A stretch of 64,000 nt of DNA, from NCBI GenBank assembly GCA_002010065.2, contig MTMD02000002.1, forward strand, positions 192,001-256,000, written 5' to 3'. Positions 20,964 through 31,554 of this stretch are shown here, piece by piece (the stretch's first letter is position 1; each line of letters begins with the position of its first letter). Origin of the DNA: Candidatus Pyrohabitans jungbluthii (GTDB lineage: Archaea; Hydrothermarchaeota; Hydrothermarchaeia; Hydrothermarchaeales; BMS3B). Under the pieces are notes generated by a model. The model searched no databases, was not told the DNA's origin, and saw nothing but the letters and a program-made list of their open reading frames with translations. The translations under genes and the position numbers were made by a program.

Positions 20964-21431
20964 ATGGTCAAGATCAGCGTGGGAAGCAAGGAGGAGTGCA
21001 CTTGGGAGCTGCCAGATGAGCTTTACTACCATCCTAAGGACCACATATGGGCGAAGGTGGAAGGTGACCTTGTGCGCGTGGGTTTAGATGCCTTTGGCGC
21101 CTATGCCGCGGGCAGAATTCAACAGCTGAGAACATTTCCAAAGGGCAGGCAGGTGCGCAAGGACCAGGCGTTTGGAAACTTGGAGAGCGGGAAGTTTATA
21201 GGCCCCCTTCGCGCGCCTGTGGCGGGGGAGATAGTGGAGATAAATCAGGAGGTTGTGAGCAACCCCAGCAAGATTAACGACTCACCCTACGAGGCGTGGA
21301 TTGCTGTAATAAAACCTACAAACCTTGAGGAGGATCTCAAAGACCTTCCCCATGGCGAAGAGGGAATAAAAGCCTGGATGGAGAAGGAGATAGAGGAGTA
21401 CAAGAAGAAAGAGGTCCTCAAGTGCGACTGA
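20964..21431 (+). CDS. GcvH-family lipoyl carrier, LbpA-like
   Basis: H.WAK, LESGKF lipoylation motif, APVAGEIVEIN and N.SPY; extra Cys near both termini (ECT..., ...LKCD). Confidence 0.85.
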   Translation: MVKISVGSKEECTWELPDELYYHPKDHIWAKVEGDLVRVGLDAFGAYAAGRIQQLRTFPKGRQVRKDQAFGNLESGKFIGPLRAPVAGEIVEINQEVVSNPSKINDSPYEAWIAVIKPTNLEEDLKDLPHGEEGIKAWMEKEIEEYKKKEVLKCD

Positions 21432-21460
21432 AAGGGGTAGCGCCCTTTTAGCTACCCTTT
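21431..21460 (+). terminator. Hairpin followed by T-run downstream of the GcvH-like gene
   Basis: AAAGGGGTAGC...GCTACCCTTTT inverted repeat directly after the stop codon. Confidence 0.4.
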
Positions 21461-21493
21461 TATCTGCGCGCCCCCGTTTAGCATCCTCTACTA

Positions 21494-22231
21494 GTGGCGA
21501 TTCCAATGACAGAGCTTCTCTATCTCAAGGACAGCTACCTGCACACCTTTGAGGCGAGGGTGCTTCGAGGAGACGCTAGCAAGGTTGTGTTGGACCGCAC
21601 GGCCTTTTACCCCGAGGGTGGGGGACAGCCCACAGATACAGGCACTCTTATTTATGAGGGTGAGCGCTACCAGGTTTACAAAGTGAAGCGCGAGGGTGGC
21701 GAAGTGGTACACTACTGCGAGGGCGCAGAGCTTAAGGAGGGTGATGTGGTCAGAGGCGAAATCGACTGGCAGAGACGCTATACCTTCATGCGCTACCACA
21801 CTGCGCTGCATATCTTAGCGAAGGTGCTCTTCGACGAGTTTGGCGCCGTTGTGACTGGCAACCAGATTGGCCTAGAGAAGTCGCGCATGGACTTCGACGT
21901 GGCAAACTTTGACCGCTCTGTTCTGCCAGAGATTGAAGCAAAAGCGAACGAGGCAATCGCTCAAGGGCATGAGGTGAAGATATACACCCTGCCTAGAGAG
22001 GAGGCTTTTGAGAGGGTTAACCCAAGAAAGACCCGCATAGATCTAATCCCCAAGAGCATTCGCGAGATTCGCCTTGTGGAAATCGTCGGCTACGATATAG
22101 ACGCCTGCGGAGGTACGCATGTAGCGAACACCCGCGAAATAGGAGGTATAAAGATAAACAGCTTCAAGAGCAAGGGAAAGAGGAACAAGCGCATAGAGGT
22201 GGTGCTCAGCAAGAGTTCGCAAGGTGATTAA
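21494..22231 (+). CDS. alaX: Alanyl-tRNA editing protein AlaX (AlaX-M type)
   Basis: LDRTAFYPEGGGQP.DTG, HTALH and CGGTH Zn-site motifs. Likely start ATG 21506. Confidence 0.92.
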   Translation: MAIPMTELLYLKDSYLHTFEARVLRGDASKVVLDRTAFYPEGGGQPTDTGTLIYEGERYQVYKVKREGGEVVHYCEGAELKEGDVVRGEIDWQRRYTFMRYHTALHILAKVLFDEFGAVVTGNQIGLEKSRMDFDVANFDRSVLPEIEAKANEAIAQGHEVKIYTLPREEAFERVNPRKTRIDLIPKSIREIRLVEIVGYDIDACGGTHVANTREIGGIKINSFKSKGKRNKRIEVVLSKSSQGD

Positions 22232-22285
22232 GCGCAGGGAGGATACTCAGCAAAGTTTTTAAACGCCCCTTGCAAACAACTTACG

Positions 22286-23179
22286 ATGAATTTCCAACGC
22301 GAAAAGATTCCAAGAAAGAAAATAATACTTTCTTTTTTACTTGCTTTTGTAATCCTATATTTGATAATATCCAATATCTCCATAGATTTGCTGCTATCAT
22401 ACTTAAAGAATGTAAACCCGGTGTTGTATGTTTCTGGATTTGTGGCTTTCTACTTTTCAATATTTGTTAGAGGCATTCGCTGGAAATATCTCTTAGACAG
22501 AGTAAATATTCCATTAACATTATGGACAAACCTTAAGGTATATTTTCTTTCATGGTTCTTCAACTGTATTTTTCCGGCAAAAATGGGTGATATTTACCGT
22601 GGATACTATGTGAAATCCCACTTCTCAAAAATTATTGGCAGGATATTTTTAGAGAGAGTTGTGGATGTTTCTACGCTTATATTTCTGGTGGTCATTACTT
22701 CATTTTTATACCTTAAAAAAATACCCCATATTCTCTCCCGCCCCATGGAAATCGGAGTTTTACTTTCAATCGCAGCTATTTTGGCTATAATTGCAATTAG
22801 ACGTGTTTCATTATCGAGGAGATTCTTTATAGCATTTAAAGAGGGAGCATCTGTCAACCGGGGGGAGATACCTGTAATACTTGCGTTATCATTTCTCATC
22901 TGGATTTTGGAGTCTACACGGCTTTTCTTTGTGGCGGACGCTACCGGGATAGAGCTAAGTTTTGGTGTGGCTATTTTCATCGCCCTAGCAGCGTCTCTGC
23001 TCACGGCCTTTCCTACACCAGCAGGCTTAGGTGCTGTGGAGCTTGGAATCGCTGGCCTGCTTATCCTCTTTGGCATAGAAAAGGAGGTTGCCATCTCCAT
23101 TGCCCTGCTGGATAGATTAATAAGCTACTGGAGCATACTTGTGTTCGGTGGTATACTTTATGCGGCCAAAGGGAGATAG
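22286..23179 (+). CDS. Lysylphosphatidylglycerol-synthase TM domain (flippase-like) membrane protein
   Basis: RGIRW, N...PAKMGD, ERVVD, P.PAGLGAVE and DRLIS motifs; start of the AT-rich island. Confidence 0.85.
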   Translation: MNFQREKIPRKKIILSFLLAFVILYLIISNISIDLLLSYLKNVNPVLYVSGFVAFYFSIFVRGIRWKYLLDRVNIPLTLWTNLKVYFLSWFFNCIFPAKMGDIYRGYYVKSHFSKIIGRIFLERVVDVSTLIFLVVITSFLYLKKIPHILSRPMEIGVLLSIAAILAIIAIRRVSLSRRFFIAFKEGASVNRGEIPVILALSFLIWILESTRLFFVADATGIELSFGVAIFIALAASLLTAFPTPAGLGAVELGIAGLLILFGIEKEVAISIALLDRLISYWSILVFGGILYAAKGR

Positions 23180-23864
23180 CTTTTCTCTGGTAATCCCCGC
23201 TTACAACGAGGAGAAGAGAATAGAAGATGTTCTGAAGGCTTATAAGGACGTGGCTGATGAAGTGATTGTGGTAGCAAACGGTTGTACCGATGCAACCGTT
23301 GAAATAGTAGGTAAATTCTCTAAGAAATACCCGAATATCAAGCTCGTGGTGTTTGAAGAAAAGCTTGGCAAGGGTGGTGCGGTTATTGAGGGGTTTAAAA
23401 AGGCTTCTCATAGCATCGTCGGCTTCGTGGATTCCGACCTTTCAGTGCCCCCAGAGGAGCTGAGGCGTTTGGTCAGAATACTTAAAAAAAGCGGAGAGTT
23501 TGCAGGGGTGATAGGAAGTAGACGTGCGGAAGGTTCTGAGATTGTTATCAAGCAGCCATTTTTCAGGAGATTGTCGAGTAGAATCTTCAATTTGCTTGTG
23601 AGAACACTTTTTGGATTGAAATTCAAAGATACCCAGTGCGGGGCTAAGATATTTAGAAAATCTGCCATAGATGCTGTAATCGATTCTATTTATACCAAAG
23701 GCTATGAGTTCGATGTTGAGCTTCTGTGGAAGCTTGATAAGAAGGGTTTTGTGATTAAAGAAGTGGGTATTAGATGGAGACATTCCGGAGAATCAAAATT
23801 CAGACTTTCTTATGGTCCAGAGATGCTCATAAATTTATTGAGAATACGTTTTTTCAGTAAATAG
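23160..23864 (+). CDS. GT2 glycosyltransferase (dolichyl-phosphate sugar synthase-like)
   Basis: VIPAYNEE, GKGGAV, FVDSD, GSR, DTQCGAK and FDVELL motifs. Confidence 0.92.
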   Translation: MRPKGDSFSLVIPAYNEEKRIEDVLKAYKDVADEVIVVANGCTDATVEIVGKFSKKYPNIKLVVFEEKLGKGGAVIEGFKKASHSIVGFVDSDLSVPPEELRRLVRILKKSGEFAGVIGSRRAEGSEIVIKQPFFRRLSSRIFNLLVRTLFGLKFKDTQCGAKIFRKSAIDAVIDSIYTKGYEFDVELLWKLDKKGFVIKEVGIRWRHSGESKFRLSYGPEMLINLLRIRFFSK

Positions 23865-25429
23865 CCAACAAGAGCGAAAGCTGAAAAAATCGAGATAATC
23901 TTAGCCAACCGCCTAATCAGGGTATCCTCAAAGCTTATGTAGATTCTGTTGTAGCCCTCGGGTACGTAAAATGTGATTAGCCCACTCTCATCAGGATAGA
24001 GCATTGCCTTTGCACCATTAATTTCCACCTCCCAGCCGGGGAAGTAGAATATTGGGAGGGTGATGTTCTGCGCCTGTGTAAAGTTGCCCTCCATGTAGTA
24101 GCGGTTGCATCCCACAGGTGCGGCATCGAAAGGCCATGGGATTCTATCTCTCTGCCTCAGTTCTGAGTAATTGCTGACCCACCTTGGGAGGAGCTCATTC
24201 TCTCCTACAGTAGTTTTAGGTCCGATTTTCTTGACATACTGATAGTTGTACAATGCCAGCTTCTCATCTTGTACTGGAAGTATGAATAGAACTGGTATTG
24301 AATATAGAATAAAAATTATTCCAAAGAGTAGTGCAAAAACTTTTATCTCTCTCCCCCCTCTAAAGATTGTGAGGAAGGCAGCTGAAAGAAAAGATGCCGC
24401 GAAGGAAGCAATCAAAAGAAATCGCCATGGAAAAAGAACAAAATCAAAAAATGGTATAATATCCCATAAAATTTTTGACTGGTGTAGTGAAAAGAATATG
24501 GATATCAAAAGAGTTGACGTAAAATAGGCAATGTATCGTTTAAGATTTTTATTGCCCTTGTATAATAAGTATAGGGCTAACAGTGAGAATATTACATGGA
24601 TATCGCCGATTTGAAAGCTCATCCCATCTCCGGGGCCTGGTACACTTAACCCAAAACCCCATCTTTTTTCGAAGAGCTGGGAAAAATAAACAAAGTGGTC
24701 AGCATAATTAAATGTGGGGTTTGGATATAAGTATCTAAATTCTGCTATCGCCGGCAGCCAATAGAAGGCGCTTAGTCCCAGTCCGAGTAAAAGAAAAGCT
24801 GTGGTTTTCAGTCGTTCTTTCTGAAGCAACACGAAAAGAAAGATAAAGGGCGTTGAAATAAAGGCTGGAATGTTGTGGGTAAGTATAAGGAGTGCATAAG
24901 ACAAGGATATCAAAGGATAATACTCTGCTCTACTATTCGCCTTGAGGATGGAATAAAACACTAGCGGGAGAAATATAAAAGTGAGAAATTCAGGCAAGGC
25001 GCCTCTAACATAGGCGTCGAGGAGATGGTAGGGGGCGTAAATGTAGGCAACCGCCGCGACGATAGCTGGTGCTTCTCCCAGAATCTCCCTTGCAAAAAGA
25101 AACATTGCTATGCCAGAGAGCACAAAGCCAGCAATGAAGGTAGCGACTATCGCCTCAGGAAAGTCAACGCCAAGAATGTGAAAGACCTCTGCAAAGTAAT
25201 AGGTAAAGGGAGAATAGTAGTTAAAAAGAGGCATGCCATAACCATGCGCCAATTCCTGTATCCAGCGAGGGTAGAAGCAGCCTTCTCTTAGAGCATTGTC
25301 AAAGAGAATAAGCCTATCCAAATGAAAAAAAGTATCATGACTATAAAAGAATCTTATTCCCATAAATGGCTTCACAGCAAAAATAGCTGCGATTGCTGCG
25401 ACAATAGCAGATTTGTATGTCTCCTTCAT
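23810..25429 (-). CDS. Multi-TM GT-C-like membrane protein (PTPS-related/YfhO-like)
   Basis: SHD..FH..R, YPRW...A.GYG.P.F.YY.P, PYHL.D.YVRGA.PE, FPWRF and YFPGW motifs. Confidence 0.75.
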   Translation of the reverse strand: MKETYKSAIVAAIAAIFAVKPFMGIRFFYSHDTFFHLDRLILFDNALREGCFYPRWIQELAHGYGMPLFNYYSPFTYYFAEVFHILGVDFPEAIVATFIAGFVLSGIAMFLFAREILGEAPAIVAAVAYIYAPYHLLDAYVRGALPEFLTFIFLPLVFYSILKANSRAEYYPLISLSYALLILTHNIPAFISTPFIFLFVLLQKERLKTTAFLLLGLGLSAFYWLPAIAEFRYLYPNPTFNYADHFVYFSQLFEKRWGFGLSVPGPGDGMSFQIGDIHVIFSLLALYLLYKGNKNLKRYIAYFTSTLLISIFFSLHQSKILWDIIPFFDFVLFPWRFLLIASFAASFLSAAFLTIFRGGREIKVFALLFGIIFILYSIPVLFILPVQDEKLALYNYQYVKKIGPKTTVGENELLPRWVSNYSELRQRDRIPWPFDAAPVGCNRYYMEGNFTQAQNITLPIFYFPGWEVEINGAKAMLYPDESGLITFYVPEGYNRIYISFEDTLIRRLAKIISIFSAFALVGYLLKKRILNKFMSISGP

Positions 25430-25439
25430 TCCCGCCCAC

Positions 25440-26891
25440 CTAGCGATCTCTTAGGTAAATTACAGAGACGTTATCAACGTATATCCTTCTCCAAGAGGTA
25501 CTCTCATTAAGGTACAAATCTAAAGCAGTATCTTTATGAATTAGTATTAAAGAAATATTGTATTTTTTCAGTATTTCAGGCGCCTCAGGTTTTAAACTCT
25601 TCACTTTGTAGTACTCCTCGATGAAATCACCATATAGGTCTGCTCTTCCATCCACAAATACTTTATAGGTTGGGTAAAGGCTCCATATCAAATATCCACC
25701 CCACCCGTAGTTGTTGAACATGTTATATTTGCTTAATACCTCCTTATTCTGCAGAAGATATTCTGTAGCGTTCTTTGGAAATTTATCGTAAACTACAGGA
25801 GAATCTTCCAAATATTCCAAACTATTCACATAAAAATTGTATCCAAAGAGCGTTGTACCAATAAGAAGAAAAGCAATGGAGAAGGAAAGAGAAAAAGTTC
25901 TCAAAGCCGGTTGAGGAAGATTTAGCGAGGAAATCCTCTGTTCTACTAAAAGCTGGGCATACTTAAAGATTATCGGAACAACAACTAAAGCATAGATTGC
26001 CGTATTCCTAATGGCGAAGAGTCCAAGATGTGTGAATAGCAGGATCAGTACCATATCCAAAGCGTTTACCCCTTTTGAAAATGCTAGAACTATTATTGAA
26101 AGAAGCAGGACTCCCTCAAAAGCAGAGAAGGTGTGGAAGTTCGGTGATTGCCACTCCAAAATATACTTCGCATGCACACTTTCAGTGGCATATTGCAGGG
26201 GGTAGAGCAGAATTTCGTAGGTATTTGGATTTATTAGAGTTGCCGCTATAGATACAACTAGGATTTTGGACAGGTAGATGCCCTTTTTTCTATCGTGTAC
26301 CAGAGCGTTTAAGGTGTATAGGAAGAGTAAGAGTAAACCGAGTATGAAGCTTCCATGGAGATTGACCCAGATAATCATAATCAGGGGCATGCTCCAGAGA
26401 GTTTTTTTATCCCTTAGAATATAAAGGTCTAAGAGATAAATAGTTAGCGGGATGAACAAAAATATAAAAATTAGCGGTCTGCTAAGCCAGGAAACATGTG
26501 ATATCATCACTATGACTGCTATCGAGAAGACATTAAAGTATCCGTTTAAAAATAGTTGATTTCTTTTGTATATAATAAAAAATGACAGCATCAGCACAAA
26601 TGTCTTCAAAATTATGGGTCCATAAAATCCAAACAGCTTATAAGTAATGTAAAAAATTACCTGGGATAGCCACTCATGATTAGTCCAAGGTTCGCCTGCC
26701 TTCGTGTAGGAGAATATGTCTTTATCGGGTATATCCCAGCTCTGGTAAATTATCTCTCCAGTTTTAAGATGCCACCAGATGTCGTAATTTTTAATCGGTT
26801 GTAATGAGAGCAAGATTATTATAATAAATATTGCAACCGAAAGGATTTTCTGTGGAATCTTTTCCATATTCAAGTTATCACCACGCTTCAA
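25440..26891 (-). CDS. Multi-TM membrane protein, putative GT-C glycosyltransferase
   Basis: DIWWHLKTGE, D.FSYT...W.NHEWL, W.NLHG.F, EWQSP, Y.WGGYL and FVDGRADLY motifs. Confidence 0.65.
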   Translation of the reverse strand: MKRGDNLNMEKIPQKILSVAIFIIIILLSLQPIKNYDIWWHLKTGEIIYQSWDIPDKDIFSYTKAGEPWTNHEWLSQVIFYITYKLFGFYGPIILKTFVLMLSFFIIYKRNQLFLNGYFNVFSIAVIVMISHVSWLSRPLIFIFLFIPLTIYLLDLYILRDKKTLWSMPLIMIIWVNLHGSFILGLLLLFLYTLNALVHDRKKGIYLSKILVVSIAATLINPNTYEILLYPLQYATESVHAKYILEWQSPNFHTFSAFEGVLLLSIIVLAFSKGVNALDMVLILLFTHLGLFAIRNTAIYALVVVPIIFKYAQLLVEQRISSLNLPQPALRTFSLSFSIAFLLIGTTLFGYNFYVNSLEYLEDSPVVYDKFPKNATEYLLQNKEVLSKYNMFNNYGWGGYLIWSLYPTYKVFVDGRADLYGDFIEEYYKVKSLKPEAPEILKKYNISLILIHKDTALDLYLNESTSWRRIYVDNVSVIYLRDR

Positions 26892-26933
26892 TGATGGACA
26901 TGATTTATTTTTTATATCTTAAAAATATAAATT

Positions 26934-27845
26934 ATGAACCCAACCGCTTCGTATAATAATGGGAAAAATTTCTCTGGGAATAAATTTTGTATTGTGTTCC
27001 TCCTTCTAATAATTACATTCGGTGGATGCACTTATCCATCTGATAACTTTACAGGAAACGTTACGGGTGCAATAACTTTTGCGATTTATGGAGATAGCAG
27101 GGATAACTTCGAGATTCACAGGCAAATAGTTATGAAAATGCAGGAATACCATCCTCTTTTCGTCATACATACAGGAGATTTTGTAAATTCTGGAGATTCT
27201 ATATATGAGTGGAGGAAGTTCGAGGAGATAACCCAAGCATTAAAAATATACCCCACAGTAGGAAATCACGACTATCCCCTTGAAAATTACTTTAAAATAT
27301 TCGGAGTACCATCTTATTACTCTTTAGATTATGAATGCATCCATATGGTAAGTATCAATGCCTTTGAGAACTTATCTCCTGGAAGTCCTCAATATCGTTG
27401 GCTTGAAGAGGACCTAAATACCACTCCTCAATGGAAGTGGAAAATAGTCTTTCTTCATCTCCCTCCATATAGCTCGGGCAAACATGGTTCTAATATTTGG
27501 GTGCGTGAAAACTTAGTACCTCTCTTAGAAAAATACGCTGTCGACTTCGTCTTTTCAGGACATGACCACGGATATGAAAGGAGCTACCCGATTTTGGGAG
27601 GAGAGGTCAATGAGAGCGGTGTTGTGTACTTTGTGAGCGGCGGTGGAGGTGCAGATTTATATGGCTTTGGTTCCAATTGGTGGACAGCAAAGTCAAAAAG
27701 CACCCACCACTTTATTCTCGGTGAAGTCAACCTGACAATAGCGAGATTCATTGCTATTGATGCTCAAGGAAATGTTTTCGACATATATACCAAAGAGAGG
27801 GCGAAGCCCAGAGTTTTGTATACTATACCATATTGTAATGATTAA
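26934..27845 (+). CDS. Membrane-anchored calcineurin-like metallophosphoesterase (purple-acid-phosphatase-like)
   Basis: GDSR, HTGD, GNHD and SGHDH motifs; N-terminal hydrophobic helix ending in GGC. Confidence 0.9.
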   Translation: MNPTASYNNGKNFSGNKFCIVFLLLIITFGGCTYPSDNFTGNVTGAITFAIYGDSRDNFEIHRQIVMKMQEYHPLFVIHTGDFVNSGDSIYEWRKFEEITQALKIYPTVGNHDYPLENYFKIFGVPSYYSLDYECIHMVSINAFENLSPGSPQYRWLEEDLNTTPQWKWKIVFLHLPPYSSGKHGSNIWVRENLVPLLEKYAVDFVFSGHDHGYERSYPILGGEVNESGVVYFVSGGGGADLYGFGSNWWTAKSKSTHHFILGEVNLTIARFIAIDAQGNVFDIYTKERAKPRVLYTIPYCND

Positions 27846-29416
27846 TAATAATTTACTACTGCACCTAAAAGATGCGGATCCTTAAATATCATCCCAACAC
27901 TTTCGACAGCCAGATCATGTCTCATAAGCACCTCAATACTAACACCATTTTCTAGGATTTTAAAGTCTTTTACGCAAGGATGATTGGAGAGTTTATTTAT
28001 CTCTTGAGGGGTAACCTTCCTATTTAAAAAAATCACCACTGTTTTATTATCTCCAATTCTACCTGGGGAAACGCCATAAATCCCTCCATTGGAATTTCTA
28101 GCTGCTTTCACGAATTCCAAATTAATTATTTCCCCAAATTTAAATGGTTTATTTGAAGAGAAAGTACCAAATATGAAAGGGCCTTCTTTAAAAATTATCT
28201 TGATTTTAATCCCCTCAGATGAAAATATATTCTCAATTTCTTCTTGGGTTGAAGTTTCAAGAGCAGGAGAATATATGGTAGCATTCCAGACTCTACTCGA
28301 TACTATGCCATAATTTCTAAATCCTTTATACATAATTAAAAAACCTAAGGAAGATGCAGTAACTAACAGAACAATTAAGCATGCGGCGATTCTTATGCGT
28401 AATTTTTTATTTGCTGTCTGGAATGATTTAAAAAGCAGAAAGATAGACAGAATCGTTGGAAATAATAGCAGTGCCTGTGGATTGTTACTATTATCATATG
28501 CTGGAATTTTAAGTAGGACAATTGTGTAAATAACTAAAAGAAAAGGAAGTGTTGAAAATAAGTAAATTAGCGGTATCGAAAGCCAATTTTTTATATTTTC
28601 TTTTTTTGATATTAGGTACACCAAGAATGATAAGTAGGCTCCCAAACTGGCATATGAAAAGGATGTGAAAATTCCTCCATCAATAGATGTTACAAATATC
28701 CCAAAAGCGGGCACAGAGAGGACAAAGTAATGGGTAATGCCATATTCGCTGAGTGTCATATAACCAAGAATAACCCACAGTAAGAAGGACATTATAAGCA
28801 ATACCGCAGTAGCTTTATATACCTCTCCGGGGATAACGTGTGTCCACTCTAGAAAATCCACATTGAAAATTCCGTTGAGATAAAGCATGTCAAGGGCATA
28901 GGCAAGGGTTGGCTTTAATAGATGATGATGAAGCCAGGAATTTGGAGCACTATAACTTAATGAATTTATGGGAATTAAAAATTCTGCAGAATTCGGCAAT
29001 GCACGTGATTCTAATTCATGTTTAAACAAAAAAAATCCAACACCATAAAGCACAAGGTTAGGGAAGAGATATAGTAACATTAAATTTATAGGATTTCCGA
29101 TTCGGATTTCTATCTTTAGTTTATAGGTTATGGATCTTATAAATAAAGGAATTAGAATGAAAATAAAGAAAAACGAAATTTTTAGGCCACTAGATCCGCC
29201 AAAATATGGATACAGGACCATTTGTATGTAGTAAGCTGCCTTAACATCTAGATTAGTTATAATTGCCAGTATCATAACGGATAGAGTCGAAATAAGAATA
29301 AATTTTCCTGACTTAGATGTTTCCTCCATGTTCAATTTAACCCAAATCAATAAGCGCTGAAGTTGTTTTATCACACTTAGTGAAATCAACAATACCCAAT
29401 TTAAAATTTTCCGCAC
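27842..29416 (-). CDS. Hypothetical polytopic membrane protein
   Basis: Many hydrophobic segments plus a soluble C-terminal domain; start uncertain (possibly ATG 29329). Confidence 0.7.
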   Translation of the reverse strand: MRKILNWVLLISLSVIKQLQRLLIWVKLNMEETSKSGKFILISTLSVMILAIITNLDVKAAYYIQMVLYPYFGGSSGLKISFFFIFILIPLFIRSITYKLKIEIRIGNPINLMLLYLFPNLVLYGVGFFLFKHELESRALPNSAEFLIPINSLSYSAPNSWLHHHLLKPTLAYALDMLYLNGIFNVDFLEWTHVIPGEVYKATAVLLIMSFLLWVILGYMTLSEYGITHYFVLSVPAFGIFVTSIDGGIFTSFSYASLGAYLSFLVYLISKKENIKNWLSIPLIYLFSTLPFLLVIYTIVLLKIPAYDNSNNPQALLLFPTILSIFLLFKSFQTANKKLRIRIAACLIVLLVTASSLGFLIMYKGFRNYGIVSSRVWNATIYSPALETSTQEEIENIFSSEGIKIKIIFKEGPFIFGTFSSNKPFKFGEIINLEFVKAARNSNGGIYGVSPGRIGDNKTVVIFLNRKVTPQEINKLSNHPCVKDFKILENGVSIEVLMRHDLAVESVGMIFKDPHLLGAVVNYY

Positions 29417-29497
29417 TCTTGTTCATTATCTGAAAGGAAAATTCATATATCTGCAATATTATATGAAATGCCATAACTCACAAAGGAGTAAGATAAA

Positions 29498-30394
29498 ATG
29501 CTAAAAGAACTCATAATTTCGATGAGACCACAGCAATGGTATAAGAACTTAGTTTTATTTGTTGGTATTGTATTCTCCTTAAATCTCTTAAACTTTCAGA
29601 AATGGTTTGATGTAATTTCTGCATTTATTATATTTTGCATACTTTCCGGGAGTGAGTACATTATTAATGACATTTTAGACATAGAAAAGGATAGGAAGCA
29701 TCCCAAAAAGAGGAACAGACCAATTGCTTCAGGAGAGTTAAAAGTATCTCATGCTCTGTTATTTGCGGTAATATTGATTTTTGTAGGGGTATTGGGCGCC
29801 TATTTAATAAATATGTTATTTTTTGCAGTTTCAATAGCATATATTCTGTTAATCCTCTCATATTCGATGTTTCTGAAAAATATCATAATAGTTGATTTGC
29901 TGGTTATTTCTATTGGCTTTGTCATAAGAGCAGTTGCCGGATGCCTAGCTATAAATGTATTTATTTCTCCTTGGCTAATAATTTGTGCTTTTTTACTGGC
30001 TTTATTTTTAGCACTTTGTAAAAGGAGGCATGAATTGACATTACTTGGAGAAGAAGCTAGAAATCACCGTAAAATTCTTGGAGAATATTCGTCTAAAATG
30101 CTTGATCAGATGATTAATATCACTACTGCTGCATTAATCATGTCATATTTCTTATACACCTTTCTTGCAGATAATATTTGGATGATGATAACAATTCCTT
30201 TGGTATTATACGGTCTTTTCAGATATATGTTTTTGGTTTATGTAAAGAACATTGGGGGAGAACCGGAAATGCTGTTTAAGGATAAAGGAATGTTGATTAG
30301 TATAATTTTGTGGGTTGTTTTAGTTGTTATGATACTCTATGGTGCTCATTATGGAGTTTTAAGCATGGATTTGTACAGTTTAACAAAAACTTGA
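29498..30394 (+). CDS. UbiA-family polyprenyl-phosphate phosphoribosyltransferase (DPPR synthase-like)
   Basis: MRPQQWYKN, Y..ND..D.E.DR.HP.KR.RPIASG, KRR.EL and FRY motifs of the Rv3806c-like subfamily. Confidence 0.88.
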   Translation: MLKELIISMRPQQWYKNLVLFVGIVFSLNLLNFQKWFDVISAFIIFCILSGSEYIINDILDIEKDRKHPKKRNRPIASGELKVSHALLFAVILIFVGVLGAYLINMLFFAVSIAYILLILSYSMFLKNIIIVDLLVISIGFVIRAVAGCLAINVFISPWLIICAFLLALFLALCKRRHELTLLGEEARNHRKILGEYSSKMLDQMINITTAALIMSYFLYTFLADNIWMMITIPLVLYGLFRYMFLVYVKNIGGEPEMLFKDKGMLISIILWVVLVVMILYGAHYGVLSMDLYSLTKT

Positions 30395-30593
30395 AAACTA
30401 TGATGATAAATCTGTTCCACCTATGGTAGAAATGTTCTATTTTTATCCTTAACACTGGGAGGTTTAAAAAAAGTTGGAGCGGTTTCCTTTAACTCTTGGG
30501 ATAATCTGTATTTTTATATTGAAAGTGCTAAATGAAAAATTTGGATATACACGAACATGGTAGTTGAATGTTTTAATAAAGGCTATATTATAA

Positions 30594-31550
30594 ATGGTGG
30601 GAAAGATGGAAATAAGGAACAAAATAATAATTTCATTACTAAGTGCTGTTGCGATATATACGACCCTTTCAATTTATGCAGACATTAATGATCTGATTAT
30701 CGTTTTTAGGGGCTTTAAATGGACATATATCCCTTTGATACTAGTACTAACCTTTTTGAACTATGTATTAAGATTTTTCAAGTGGGATTATTATTTAAGA
30801 TGCTTAAAAATCAACATAAGCAGGAGAGATAGTATGGCAATATTCTTAAGTGGATTATCTATGTCTGTTACTCCGGTAAAGTTGGGGGAGGCATTTAAAT
30901 CTTATCTATTAAAAGAATTGAATGGTGTTGAAATGAGTAAGACACTTCCGATTATATTTGCAGAACGTTTTACAGATTTAATTGGATTAATAATATTGGC
31001 TTCAATTGGATATTCTGTTTTCAAATACGGTAAAGAAGTACTTATAACTACAATTTTTGTTATTTCTATAATAATTATGATAATCCAGTCAGAAAAAATG
31101 TTTATAAAGTTAATAAATTTTAATTTTCCCTTTATATCAAGATTTACAGAAACAGTACAAAACTTGTATTTAAGTACCCATACACTCTTCAAAATAAAGA
31201 ATTTAACTATTGTAGTAGGAATAAGCGTTTTATCGTGGTTTTTCGAATGTTTAGCTTTGTTTTTGGTTATTGAGGGATTTGGACTAGAGATTTCCCTACT
31301 TTTACCTGTTTTCGCCTTCAGTTTTTCCACTATAGTAGGAGCGGTGAGCATGATTCCTGGAGGGTTAGGCGTCACTGAAGGTAGCATGGTGGGAATTTTG
31401 ATTTTCAGTGGTATTACCAAGACCGTTGCAATCGCTTCAACTCTGATAATCAGATTTTGCACCCTTTGGTTTGGTGTTTTAATTGGACTTTTTACGCTGT
31501 CTATTTTATCTATTTATGGTTTTAAATATGGTTTTAAAATAAAAGGGTGA
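30594..31550 (+). CDS. Lysylphosphatidylglycerol-synthase TM domain (flippase-like) membrane protein
   Basis: LRFFKW, TP.KLGE, ERFTD, PGGLGVTE and RFCTLW motifs. Confidence 0.85.
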   Translation: MVGKMEIRNKIIISLLSAVAIYTTLSIYADINDLIIVFRGFKWTYIPLILVLTFLNYVLRFFKWDYYLRCLKINISRRDSMAIFLSGLSMSVTPVKLGEAFKSYLLKELNGVEMSKTLPIIFAERFTDLIGLIILASIGYSVFKYGKEVLITTIFVISIIIMIIQSEKMFIKLINFNFPFISRFTETVQNLYLSTHTLFKIKNLTIVVGISVLSWFFECLALFLVIEGFGLEISLLLPVFAFSFSTIVGAVSMIPGGLGVTEGSMVGILIFSGITKTVAIASTLIIRFCTLWFGVLIGLFTLSILSIYGFKYGFKIKG

Positions 31551-31554
31551 GGGA

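Noticed and set aside
30395-30593. 200-bp gap in the island as a C/D-box sRNA (ATGATGA at ~30400) or a pseudogene
   Set aside because: No CTGA D box at a suitable distance, and the short translated fragments resemble nothing I recognise.
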